Below are positions 48,401-56,813 of a stretch of DNA of 64,000 bases, piece by piece. This DNA comes from a virus. A program made the position numbers and the translations under genes. Numbering within the stretch: position 1 is the first letter of the stretch; each line of letters opens with the position of its first letter. The notes below the pieces were generated by a model. That model ran no database searches. It saw only the letters and a list, made by a program, of their open reading frames with translations, and was not told the DNA's origin. The DNA lies in IMG/VR virus record IMGVR_UViG_3300045284_000330, positions 10,157-74,156 of that record. One strand, written 5' to 3'.

Positions 48401-48477
48401 GCGAGATTGATCTCCCGATTGCGCGAGTCATAAAAAATGCGCGCCGCGCCAGCCGTGTTTTGCACAGCATAGATCAT
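45436..48477 (-). CDS. Multidomain glycosyltransferase/methyltransferase
   Basis: GIGDNLHQ...(GT9-like), IEGDSLF (second GT-like domain), KLNLGCG..EHCVEH...LAPGGVLR (MTase), GSSGLFA..G.GVPM (C-terminal domain). Confidence 0.75.
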   Translation of the reverse strand: MIYAVQNTAGAARIFYDSRNREINLAPGAMKYADLDQGTVDRLLARNDLVVKEATFERHAHPQPLPPKVTPEQARPCISVTGHFGIGDNLHQRAVMRVLMRDYDVWLHTCHFQIYHDLVAKGLKLVMRPTSLHAQAKTIERERGLFEQAKFTAAPPSARVARIGYPKTLVDQHGSILEAMFGCVGLQMPERPDFSLPIKPEWRQSTRDRLSRIDMGGKRLMVHRPIVVRREWDGRSRNPDPAAYDAIFRSIRDSFYVVSIADLRRGEEWIEGPEQEADLKLHNGELAFEEMAALFSEADLVYCNAGFAPVLAQAVGTPLIVVYGGRESYRTTQRVGAHLAPTLPIDVLNPCDCHSNKHRCDKAIDVPKALAAVTAFAARRSTLLFGTFYVDSPDRDNLTDLWKRLHFSLNERDCDFLAVDSQSPIKKFEDWTPYDGKRHRRMVFNFPDNIGHLSRKGVTEGRDGWGRAFCKGLEIACELGYEHVAHIEGDSLFRLCVGDIIRWMQQEKADCATTDVKGMKHKEHEKLWVETGLMFFSTDYLRRSDFVQRYDWPNRKVAPTPERYIRQQILAKDGCRLKIMQWKAQRADKNQITKDNILDLDLDWVTHQHDSAQQGVYRKFVEAALAVERMKPNELVQERASILIKLNLGCGTNKLAGWENRDADVDITKKLPWPDGSVSHVNIEHCVEHVPYKAAIGFFQEAHRVLAPGGVLRVTVPSLEQIAACDDADYHRFTTKWQKLGPNKRGAMSAIIYAHGHECAWNAQLLRDTLYFAGFDDVLACESGLSEDPALRGVEGHGRVIGDHFNQIESCTFEARKAGDLSSLPSLPSAPPPHAPTATVAVVLGGAMCWRQDWEAARKLIGDLPFRVFAINDQIKTFPDECVAVTLHPDKLVGPIAWLNGRRKAGLPEPEQVWAHRKAPEITHDTGLDWGGSSGLFAVQVARREGHQKVIGVGVPMTVDGAHYIRGQKWQSAIAFRPSWIRYKNEIAPHFRSMSGWTAEIFGKPDEAFLRSA

Positions 48478-48722
48478 CGCCGCCGCAACTTCTGCATCGC
48501 CTCAGCAAACTCCGACGCCGTCAGCGGCTCACGCCCAAGCGCAGCGCCGACAGCCTGCGCGCACCTCGCCAGAGCGTCATCGAGGGCGGAATCGGGCCCG
48601 CCCACTTCCGCGTAAATAGCCATGATCCGGTCCATGTCCACATTGGTGTGGCCGACATAAGACTTGCACTCGGCGATCTTCTCCTCCCTGGTCATGCACC
48701 TGATGTTCTCTTCGATGCGCAT
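48474..48722 (-). CDS. Hypothetical protein
   Basis: Coupled ORF in the late operon. Confidence 0.4.
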   Translation of the reverse strand: MRIEENIRCMTREEKIAECKSYVGHTNVDMDRIMAIYAEVGGPDSALDDALARCAQAVGAALGREPLTASEFAEAMQKLRRR

Positions 48723-48725
48723 AAT

Positions 48726-50570
48726 TCATTTCCCTATTTTCGGGTCCGGCAGGAATTTCTCGATCTTGGCCACAGGTATGAATTGGCCCTTCGGATTGAT
48801 CACCTGCTCGCCAGACACGATCTTGTAGCCAGACGTTCCAGTGTTCTTGCCCTTTTTCCAATTACTGGTCCCGTGCAACAGAATATCCGGCTTGCCTAAT
48901 ATCTTTGCGGCAACCGATGGCGACACCGGCTGCAACGGCTTGGTCTTATCAGGATTGCCTTTGTCATCCTTGGGATAATCGATAAACAAGCGGCGCATCT
49001 TCACGTCATTGGTGTCCAGCGTCTTGTTGGCCCATATCTGTAATTCGGCCATCTCGACGCCGGTATTGTGCTTGGTGAGTATATTCCCTGTCGGGATGCC
49101 GATCCGCTTCTCTTTGACCGGGATGACAAACCCAGTGCAACTGTATTTCGGCACGTCGAGGTCTTTGGCTGGATCGGGATTGGTGGGACGCGGCGGGTCG
49201 ATCGACCCCTTGCCGTCTGCAGGTTGCCCCGCTATGACAGCCCATTCGACGCCAGTGTATACGAGCCAGTTGAAATCACCTTCCGTGATGTACCGGTTTC
49301 CTGGCGCCAGCCCGGCAGCGGAGTTGAAGCGGGGCAACCCGTCCCTCGGGTTGCCCCAGAAGCCACGAATCCAAACGTTTTGCGGAACAATTTCGTTTGG
49401 CTCCAGCCCAAGTTGTTTGCGGCTGTAGGTGGCGTCGGGACCGAAAGGAAAAAGACCATTCATCCCCATTCCATCCAACTGAGGAGATATGATCCCATTG
49501 GGAACCACAGGGGCGTGCTGAAGCGAACTATCCGTGTAGTTCTTGTCGTCAAATGCCAGCCACGCCTTGCAGGCGGTCTTTGTGTCTGGTGGGACGAGGT
49601 CGCCTCCTCCTGGCGGCAGCGGCGTCTCTGGAAGCACCGAGGTCACCCCGCCGCTGATGTCGAAGGAAAACAGCAGATGGTGCCAGGTCGCGTCGTCGAT
49701 CCGCGGCGGAAGCGGGAATTCGTTGCCTGCCCGCTCTCCCCCGATGACGAAAAACTCCGGCCCTGCCGCCATCACCTCGTTAGAAATGTCCTTGTAGTAG
49801 AACAGGAAGCCGTCCCAGTATCCTGGGATCTTTTCCACCGAAAGACCTGGGGTGTGGAAGATGGTCTGCGTCGCCGTGATGGGGGTGAGGTTGTCTAGCT
49901 GGTAAGCGTATCCCTTGTAGTCTGCCCTGGTCTTGGTCTGTAGACAAATCGTCAGGTAGCCGTCCTGGGCGATCCCGATGAACGACTGGGGGACCATCTT
50001 AGGTTTGTTCTGTGCTGCCCCCAGCTTCATGTTGGCCACCTTGAGTTTCCCGTCGATACCCACTGGTTTACCCCCCAGCACCTTCCAGTATGGTTTATAG
50101 GGTGGGGGCCAATCGGTAACCCGGTAGATGACGTTGAGCCCTGAGATAAATAGGACTGCCTCGATCACGTCGGGTCGTTGCAGTTCCCACGGGCAGTAGT
50201 CGTAGCTCTGGTCGTCGTCTCCGAAGGTCAAGATCATGCGCATCTGGCTGACCGCTAATGGCGGTGGCAGTGGCATAATCACTGGCGCGGGTCCATAGAA
50301 GGGGCTACCGCCTAAGAAGAGACCGCCTCCCAAGACGGAGCCTACCGGGATGCCGTAGGCGCTCCAGTAGAAGATCGACGGTGGGTCAAGTGTCTTGACC
50401 AGCTCCGTCGTGTCTGGCGGCAGCATTGAGGTCCCGCCGGCCTCCCATGGTCCCGACGGCCACTTGTCGCCATCCGGCGCCTTTCCCTTTGATAGGTCTC
50501 TGAACCAGACCGATATTATGCCCGAACTCATATCAGGCATGGGAGCGGCTTCCATTTCAAGATAGCTCAT
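48726..50570 (-). CDS. Tail-associated protein (LamG-like WHHLLFSFD motif)
   Basis: ISVWFR...WHHLLFSFD...MAELQIW; position in the tail cluster. Confidence 0.55.
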   Translation of the reverse strand: MSYLEMEAAPMPDMSSGIISVWFRDLSKGKAPDGDKWPSGPWEAGGTSMLPPDTTELVKTLDPPSIFYWSAYGIPVGSVLGGGLFLGGSPFYGPAPVIMPLPPPLAVSQMRMILTFGDDDQSYDYCPWELQRPDVIEAVLFISGLNVIYRVTDWPPPYKPYWKVLGGKPVGIDGKLKVANMKLGAAQNKPKMVPQSFIGIAQDGYLTICLQTKTRADYKGYAYQLDNLTPITATQTIFHTPGLSVEKIPGYWDGFLFYYKDISNEVMAAGPEFFVIGGERAGNEFPLPPRIDDATWHHLLFSFDISGGVTSVLPETPLPPGGGDLVPPDTKTACKAWLAFDDKNYTDSSLQHAPVVPNGIISPQLDGMGMNGLFPFGPDATYSRKQLGLEPNEIVPQNVWIRGFWGNPRDGLPRFNSAAGLAPGNRYITEGDFNWLVYTGVEWAVIAGQPADGKGSIDPPRPTNPDPAKDLDVPKYSCTGFVIPVKEKRIGIPTGNILTKHNTGVEMAELQIWANKTLDTNDVKMRRLFIDYPKDDKGNPDKTKPLQPVSPSVAAKILGKPDILLHGTSNWKKGKNTGTSGYKIVSGEQVINPKGQFIPVAKIEKFLPDPKIGK

Positions 50571-51781
50571 GCGTCCTCGCGCTTCTGCTCCATGATCCTG
50601 AGCACCATCTTCTTAGGTGGCTTGAACGGCGGCGAGTCTTGGTTCTGCGGCGCAAAGATCACGGCCAGACCGCCCCAGCTGAGGTTGACAATCGATTGCA
50701 ACGGATCGGTCCTGACCACCGATGACACGCCATCGACATCAACCGCCTGCGGATCGCCATCGTCGAAATACTGCTCGTATATGTTTTGGTTTTCAGCCAG
50801 CGACATTGCAACTTTCTGGCCCTGAACACCGCCTCTCTGCTCCTCCGTCTGAAAGCGATGGAAATATCTAATCGTAAGCTCGTAATCAATGTATTGAGAG
50901 GTATCCTTCTCGCCTTGCTGCAATTGTTGAAGGTAATCCTCGTAAGGAACGATCATCGGATGCGTGCCGTCGTCGTCCGACATCTTAAATCCAGCGAGAT
51001 CGTTATTGTAGACCTTGACCACCCGAACCTTTCGGTCCGCTGGGTTCTGATCGTCGTCGCCTTCGCCGCCAGGCTGATCATTGTGGAACGTGAAGATGAC
51101 CTCCTGACCCTGCCTGCCGGAGTAAAGATCGGACTGCGAAATCTGTGTCCCCGTCCTATCGATCACCCAGAGCTGGTTATCATCCCCGTCCTCGACATCG
51201 CTTATGGAGATGTCTGGATTCTTTACCTCAAGCTGATGCGTCGTCCTCGCCGCGTTCGCGTTCTCGTACTGAATGTCGGCATTGCTGTCATCTATGTTAT
51301 CGTCTGGGTTGGCAGGATCGTCATTCCAATGAACGACAAAATCGATCTGCTGCGCGTTGGAACCATAGCTGTCGCCCCAGAAAGTCACCGGCAGATCCTC
51401 CACCCGAAGCATGTCGAACCAGGTGTCGGTAAGTATGGTATTCTGGTCTCCCGCGCCTTTCTTCCGAGCGTCACCGCCGCCCTCCAAAGCAAAGACTCGC
51501 TTGACATGGGCACTCCGGCCTGAAGCAGGAAAGCCGTCGCCATTCCCACCGCCATTGGCGGCAACGTTCTCGTTCTTGGCCTGCGTGCAATAGCTCGTGA
51601 CGGTCTCGTCGAAATGGGCTTGGCCGGTTATGATCGGCGGCAGCTGTCCAGCCCCCGATGAGCCAAATCCCGGTGTGATCGAGATCGGAAGATTGCTCGT
51701 CAGCGGCTGATTGGCCCGCTCCCCAGGCGCAGTGTCGGGAAGTTGATACGCGCGGACGAGGTCTGATGGTCCCTGCGCCAT
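50567..51781 (-). CDS. Tail-associated protein; first ~60 aa duplicated in 56589-56813
   Basis: ATG at 51781; C-terminal RTDPLQSIVNLSWGG. Confidence 0.55.
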   Translation of the reverse strand: MAQGPSDLVRAYQLPDTAPGERANQPLTSNLPISITPGFGSSGAGQLPPIITGQAHFDETVTSYCTQAKNENVAANGGGNGDGFPASGRSAHVKRVFALEGGGDARKKGAGDQNTILTDTWFDMLRVEDLPVTFWGDSYGSNAQQIDFVVHWNDDPANPDDNIDDSNADIQYENANAARTTHQLEVKNPDISISDVEDGDDNQLWVIDRTGTQISQSDLYSGRQGQEVIFTFHNDQPGGEGDDDQNPADRKVRVVKVYNNDLAGFKMSDDDGTHPMIVPYEDYLQQLQQGEKDTSQYIDYELTIRYFHRFQTEEQRGGVQGQKVAMSLAENQNIYEQYFDDGDPQAVDVDGVSSVVRTDPLQSIVNLSWGGLAVIFAPQNQDSPPFKPPKKMVLRIMEQKREDA

Positions 51782-51782
51782 A

Positions 51783-52493
51783 TCAGATTCCCGCCGCCAG
51801 AATGATGCCATGAGGCGGCAGATGCGTGCCTGACTGGACCGCAAGCATTGCCCCCGCGCCGTCCATCTGGGCTGCCCCGGCGAGGAGCGCGGAGCCTACG
51901 CCATGGAAAGCCACGGCCGCCTGACCATCCATCGCCGCAGAACCGACGTAGAAGCCGCCCGTCACGCTGCCAGCGAACGCGGCCGCGGCCGCGCCGTCCA
52001 TGCGCGCCTTGCTGCCGCCCACGGCGCCATGAAAGTCGGGCGAGGTGAGGCCGTCCATCTCGGCCGAGCCGACGGAGGCGAGATCGCCCGTGAACGCCGC
52101 ATCGCCCACGCCGTCCATCTGGGCATGACCCGAGATGACAACCCTGGCGCCGAACGCCGCCGACGCCACGCCATCCATCTGCGCCGCGCCAAACTCGGCC
52201 TCGATCGCGGTGAATTGGACCGATGCAGCGCCATCCATCTGGGCGGGTGCGGCTGTCCGAAGCGTCGCGCCCGCGAATGCGCCACTGGCGACGCCGTCCA
52301 TCTGGGCCGCGCCAAGCCGTCCGGCGCGGGCGGCGAAGCTGGCGCTGGCGGCGCCGTCCATCTGGGCCGCGCCCGCATTTATGGTCACCACACCGATCTC
52401 AACGATCGGGACGCCGGGGGCGAGGGTGGTCTTGCCGGCACCGGCATCGGTGATGAATGCGACGCTCGGCAGCCCAGTCAGATAGACGGTCAC
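51783..52493 (-). CDS. Tail protein with AQMDG repeats
   Basis: About nine GxAxMDGxAxAxF repeats. Confidence 0.6.
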   Translation of the reverse strand: MTVYLTGLPSVAFITDAGAGKTTLAPGVPIVEIGVVTINAGAAQMDGAASASFAARAGRLGAAQMDGVASGAFAGATLRTAAPAQMDGAASVQFTAIEAEFGAAQMDGVASAAFGARVVISGHAQMDGVGDAAFTGDLASVGSAEMDGLTSPDFHGAVGGSKARMDGAAAAAFAGSVTGGFYVGSAAMDGQAAVAFHGVGSALLAGAAQMDGAGAMLAVQSGTHLPPHGIILAAGI

Positions 52494-54286
52494 GTAAGCA
52501 CCACCGTCGGATCGATGTAGTAGGTGGCCGACGGCTTGCCGACGCGCACCCGCGCCTCAAGGATGCCCGGCAAGCCTGGCTGCGGAGAGGAGAGCGTCGC
52601 AACCAGCTTGAACGGTGACCAGCCCGCGCCAGAGCCGCCGCCGTTCCACGTCGAGCTGTCCGACGCCACCGCAGCATTCGCTGCAAGCGTGCTGCTCTTG
52701 GTCGTGCTGACGATCGTGCCAACGGGGAACGACGCGTTGCCGAGGTATTCGACCTCCAGCCAAATGTCGTCATTATTGGGCAGCGCACCGGCATTGACGG
52801 TCCCGCAAACCGTCACTGTGACGTTGGCGCCTATCGTTGAATTCCAGATCGCATAAGGTTCTGCCTGAAACGGCCGCAGCCATTGCGCGTTGCCGGTGCT
52901 GACGATCTTGCGGGATTGCGCCTGCCCGCTCGGATCGCTAGCGCCGCCAACGCGCGTGATCGATGTCTCGGTCGTCTCGGTGCCCTCGTACTGATAGCGC
53001 GCCGACTTGTACGCCGTGCCGCTGCTGTCGGAGCGAACGTATTGAACTGTCATGCCAGAAAGGGTGGGAATAGCGAACGTGGCCGATGCGTTGAGCTTGC
53101 AGTCCTTAACAAGAAAACTACCCAGTGCAGTGCTAGCACTAAAGATATTGCCGGTCAGCTGACTCAGATCAACCGCCTCCAACACGACAGACGTAAAAGA
53201 GTTGCTGCCTGGAACTATGAAGTTATTAGGAACTGACGAACCTGACGCCAGCACTTGGCCGGTGTTTTGCCAAGTTAATTGGCCCAATTGCACGCTTATG
53301 ATTTGCCCAGTGTTTGCGAACTTGACCGTCGTGTTGTTGAACGTTACGGCGCCAGCGCCAGCACCACTGGATAGAACTATCTGTGCGCTCGCGCTGGTGG
53401 CCATCACAAGAGAACAGTTGTCCAAGTAGACCGTGCATAACTGCGCAGAAAAATTGAGACCTGCGGCTGCAGATTGCCCGACCCCTGCCACAAACGACAC
53501 GCCATAGAAATAAAAACCGCCTGACACTGTTGGCGTAAAATTAAGGTTGACAGCACCCGTGGTCGAGATCGACGCCCCGGTCGTCAGATCACTGGCTGCT
53601 GGCGGGTAGCTGCCGCTGTGATTGTGGCAAAGCATCCTACTGACGGTCGAAGGCGAGCCGGTCGGCTGGATATTGATGGTCGTCGCCTGTGACTCGGCGT
53701 GGTTGTCGCCGACATAGATCGTATTGCCAGGCGCGAACCAGTTCGTCGCGCAGGCATTCGCCAGCCGCGCGTGGGGCGCGCCGCCGCCGCTGAAATTGCC
53801 CACCACGCCGAGGCAGGTCCACGTCACCGTACTGTCGGTCTGTGTCGTTCCCGCGGTGTCGTTCGCCCAGGCCGGCTCAGAGGCGCCTGTGTTTCCGGCC
53901 GTGCTGCATATCCAGTAGCTGGCGCCGTTGGCCCGCTTGATGATCGCACCCAGCGTGACAGCTGAGGAAATGGCCTTGGCTGCGGCCCAGGTCGGGGTGT
54001 TGGTAGCATCCCCGTTGACAGCACTCGCGCCCGTGCACTCCTGAAAGACCGGCGTCGTCGAGGTGTTCTTCGCTCCGCGGGTGACCGTCCAGCTCGGCTC
54101 CGTCCCGCTGGTCCCGCCGACGATACAGACGAAGACCCGCTCCGAACCAACAGCAGGGGTCGCTAATTGACGAATGAGCTGCCCAGGCGAATAGGCATGC
54201 GACGCCTGAAACTGCGGCACAGCGTAGTAACCAGTCGAACTCTGGTTGCCTGCGTTACAGTAAAAAACTTGATCGAAAAAAGCGAT
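52490..54286 (-). CDS. Tail fibre/spike-like protein, probable non-canonical ATC start
   Basis: Frame is open 22 codons upstream of GTG 54220 to ATC-GCT-TTT-TTC-GAT, 9 nt after GGAGG; EP.W...T.D.TV.W repeats. Confidence 0.7.
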   Translation of the reverse strand: MAFFDQVFYCNAGNQSSTGYYAVPQFQASHAYSPGQLIRQLATPAVGSERVFVCIVGGTSGTEPSWTVTRGAKNTSTTPVFQECTGASAVNGDATNTPTWAAAKAISSAVTLGAIIKRANGASYWICSTAGNTGASEPAWANDTAGTTQTDSTVTWTCLGVVGNFSGGGAPHARLANACATNWFAPGNTIYVGDNHAESQATTINIQPTGSPSTVSRMLCHNHSGSYPPAASDLTTGASISTTGAVNLNFTPTVSGGFYFYGVSFVAGVGQSAAAGLNFSAQLCTVYLDNCSLVMATSASAQIVLSSGAGAGAVTFNNTTVKFANTGQIISVQLGQLTWQNTGQVLASGSSVPNNFIVPGSNSFTSVVLEAVDLSQLTGNIFSASTALGSFLVKDCKLNASATFAIPTLSGMTVQYVRSDSSGTAYKSARYQYEGTETTETSITRVGGASDPSGQAQSRKIVSTGNAQWLRPFQAEPYAIWNSTIGANVTVTVCGTVNAGALPNNDDIWLEVEYLGNASFPVGTIVSTTKSSTLAANAAVASDSSTWNGGGSGAGWSPFKLVATLSSPQPGLPGILEARVRVGKPSATYYIDPTVVLT

Positions 54287-54383
54287 TGGATTACCCCTCC
54301 CTTCTTCATGCTATAATGCGCAGTGAGGTCAGCGCTTGAACACTAACCTCACCACTTGACCCTCGAACCGTGGAGACGGTCCG

Positions 54384-54944
54384 ATGCCCAGATACAGCAA
54401 TATCGCGAACCAGCGTTTCGGTCGACTGACCGCAGTTTACCCAACTTCTAGCAGAGACAATGCAGGCAATGTCTTGTGGCATTGCCGATGCGATTGTGGA
54501 AATAAAAAACATGCCTCTGCTACCTGCCTCATAGAGAGCAAAGTTCGATCCTGTGGCTGCATGATCGGAAACCTGACTCACGGTCACACCAGGAATGGAA
54601 AAGTCCATCATCTTTATTGGGCTTGGAAGACCATGCGCAGTCGATGCACCAATCCAAACACAATCTCTTATAAATACTACGGTGCTCTCGGCGTTTCTGT
54701 CTGCGCTCGTTGGGATAACTTTGAAATTTTCCTTGCCGACATCCTCGCCACCATTGGTGAACGCCCACCCGGTCATAGTCTGGATCGCTATCCAGATATA
54801 AACGGCAACTACGAACTTGGTAATGTTCGATGGGCGACTGTGAAAGAGCAGAACAGCAACAAACGTCCATACAAGAAATACAGCCACCAACGCCCGTTCG
54901 AGAACAGACTGCGTGACCCGAAGGGGCGCTTTGTTCGATCGTAA
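54384..54944 (+). CDS. HNH homing endonuclease, antisense to the tail operon
   Basis: QRFGRLT..WHCRCDCG..SCGC; RC.NP...YYG..G..VC.RW; SLDR..D.NGNYE.GNVRWAT..EQ..NKR; extended -10 TGCTATAAT at 54309-54317. Confidence 0.88.
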   Translation: MPRYSNIANQRFGRLTAVYPTSSRDNAGNVLWHCRCDCGNKKHASATCLIESKVRSCGCMIGNLTHGHTRNGKVHHLYWAWKTMRSRCTNPNTISYKYYGALGVSVCARWDNFEIFLADILATIGERPPGHSLDRYPDINGNYELGNVRWATVKEQNSNKRPYKKYSHQRPFENRLRDPKGRFVRS

Positions 54945-54955
54945 GCCCATCTCGC

Positions 54956-55390
54956 TCAGCTTTCGGTCAAAGCCGTCCCGGTAGTAAGCTGCGGCGACAC
55001 GCCCGTCGAAACCGTCAGACTTGGCGTGATCGGACCACGATAGAGGATTTTCCCCGGGCCGGTGGATGCCGTCCCAACCGCGGCCCATGTTTCGGTCTCG
55101 CTGCCACCTGTTGCGGCCGGGAATATCACCGCAGAGGTGAGAGTCGCCGTGGCCCCCGAGACGGTGAACCCGGAGCTAGTGCGCGACACCGCCTGCCTAG
55201 CGTAGCTCGTATAGGCCGCCTCGCTGGTGTTCTGGTTGCCGCCAGCGCCAGGATCGGCGGTGTGCAGCGAAACATAGAGATTTGTCAGCGGCGAGGACGC
55301 CGCGTTGTCCGCGATGTTTGCGATCGCCGTTCCGTTGAGGATCAATTTGAGAAGGTCATTATCGAACGTTGAGGATTTTCCGCCTGCCAC
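54956..55390 (-). CDS. Small tail structural protein
   Basis: LY.SLHTADPG...EA.Y.SYARQ.V...FP.AT.G. Confidence 0.7.
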   Translation of the reverse strand: MAGGKSSTFDNDLLKLILNGTAIANIADNAASSPLTNLYVSLHTADPGAGGNQNTSEAAYTSYARQAVSRTSSGFTVSGATATLTSAVIFPAATGGSETETWAAVGTASTGPGKILYRGPITPSLTVSTGVSPQLTTGTALTES

Positions 55391-55425
55391 GTTGGCCTCC
55401 TATGTCTCGATGTGATTGGCACTCG

Positions 55426-56532
55426 CTATGCAAAGGCTTGTCCTACGCAGTTTCCATAAACCGTCGCGCCGCCATCGAAGGAAACAAGGATAAACACATC
55501 CTTCCCACTTGGTGTGACCGCCGGGATAGTGCCACCGGGCCAGAGGACGCCGGCCGGCCACGCGAAGCCGTAGCTTCCCGTGTTCTGGATTTCGAGCACC
55601 AGCCGTGCGAATTGGCCGCCCGGCGGCCACCCAGTGATTGCTGTGCTGGTGACGGTGCCGGCGAGCCTCAACCTCTGCACCTCTCCCAGCGCGCGATTGA
55701 TGCTGAGCGCACCAGATACAGAATTCAGCCCCCCGCACGGCATATCGACCGTGACCGCGTCTATCCATTTCGTGCCGTTGTAAACCAGCGGTTGACCAGC
55801 CTGCGGCGCGGTGACCGACACGTCCATGAGCTGCGCCAGCGCCATGCTGATCGCTTTGTTGATCCAGTTGCCGCTGCCAGCGTTGTAAGTGAGCACCTGT
55901 GCGTCAGCCGGCCCTGCGATGGTGACATCGGTCAGGTCTTCCAGCGCTGGTATCGGCAAATCCAGGTTTTGCCAGTGCCCGCTCTCGTAGATGAGAACTT
56001 GGCCGTTCGTCGGCGCTAGAATCGCCACATCCGTCAGCTCAGCAATCGCGGCAGTCGACCAATGGACGGCGTAATCCGCCGATGTCGCCTTGCGCAGGAA
56101 CCAGCCCGCCGGCCCGCCAGACGGGAGGGTCGCCGCCGCGCTTTTGAGCAACACGCCATAGTAGTCATTGCCCATCCCGTCATTGGCGCCGGCATCGAAC
56201 GTTGCGTGACTGACGTGGTTGATCTCGACCATGTAGGTCACGCCGACATAGGTGATGATGTCGCCAGCGTAATACTGGGTATTTGGCGTCCATTCTCCTT
56301 TGAACTGGATAGTCATCATCGGCATGTCGTAGGGGCCCAGCAACGTATGGTCGGTTAGAACCACCGTGAATTGATTGCCGTGCACCACGATGTTGGCGAT
56401 GCCAACGCCCTGCACCGCCTTCGCCTGATTATCCTGAATGGCCTGCCAGAAATTATTGTCGACCTGCTCAGGCGTCAGGTCCTGGTTATTGCCGATGCCC
56501 CATGGCCCCGATGTTCTAAACGTGTATCCCAT
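55426..56532 (-). CDS. Tail fibre-like protein
   Basis: GEW...T.Y..GD carbohydrate-binding-like module, three L.DV.I..P..GQVL.Y repeats, C-terminal WP..V.WPGG.P. Confidence 0.7.
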   Translation of the reverse strand: MGYTFRTSGPWGIGNNQDLTPEQVDNNFWQAIQDNQAKAVQGVGIANIVVHGNQFTVVLTDHTLLGPYDMPMMTIQFKGEWTPNTQYYAGDIITYVGVTYMVEINHVSHATFDAGANDGMGNDYYGVLLKSAAATLPSGGPAGWFLRKATSADYAVHWSTAAIAELTDVAILAPTNGQVLIYESGHWQNLDLPIPALEDLTDVTIAGPADAQVLTYNAGSGNWINKAISMALAQLMDVSVTAPQAGQPLVYNGTKWIDAVTVDMPCGGLNSVSGALSINRALGEVQRLRLAGTVTSTAITGWPPGGQFARLVLEIQNTGSYGFAWPAGVLWPGGTIPAVTPSGKDVFILVSFDGGATVYGNCVGQAFA

Positions 56533-56588
56533 GGCCCTCTCCTTAGCCCTCTAACGGTCGCCGCCTGTTGGCGCCAGGATCGCCCTAG

Positions 56589-56813
56589 CTACTTTTTGGG
56601 CCCCTCGACCGAGGCTTGGGTGCAATAGCTCGTGACGGTCTCGTCGAAATGGGCTTGGCCAGTGATGATCGGCGGCAATTGACCCGCGCCGGAGCTGCCG
56701 AATCCGGGCGTGATCGAGATCGGAAGATTGCTCGTCAGCGGCTGATTGGCCCGCTCCCCAGGCGCAGTGTCGGGAAGTTGATACGGCCTTACGACATCAT
56801 CAATCCCTGGCAT
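56589..56813 (-). CDS. 74-aa tail-region protein
   Basis: Near-identical to the N-terminus of 50567-51781. Confidence 0.55.
   Translation of the reverse strand: MPGIDDVVRPYQLPDTAPGERANQPLTSNLPISITPGFGSSGAGQLPPIITGQAHFDETVTSYCTQASVEGPKK

Noticed and set aside
54290-54955. Group I intron carrying the HNH
   Set aside because: The ORF is antisense and fills nearly all of the interval, leaving no room for a ribozyme core
51579-56785. Diversity-generating retroelement TR/VR pair
   Set aside because: Differences are synonymous and not adenine-specific, the repeat is N-terminal, and no reverse transcriptase is visible
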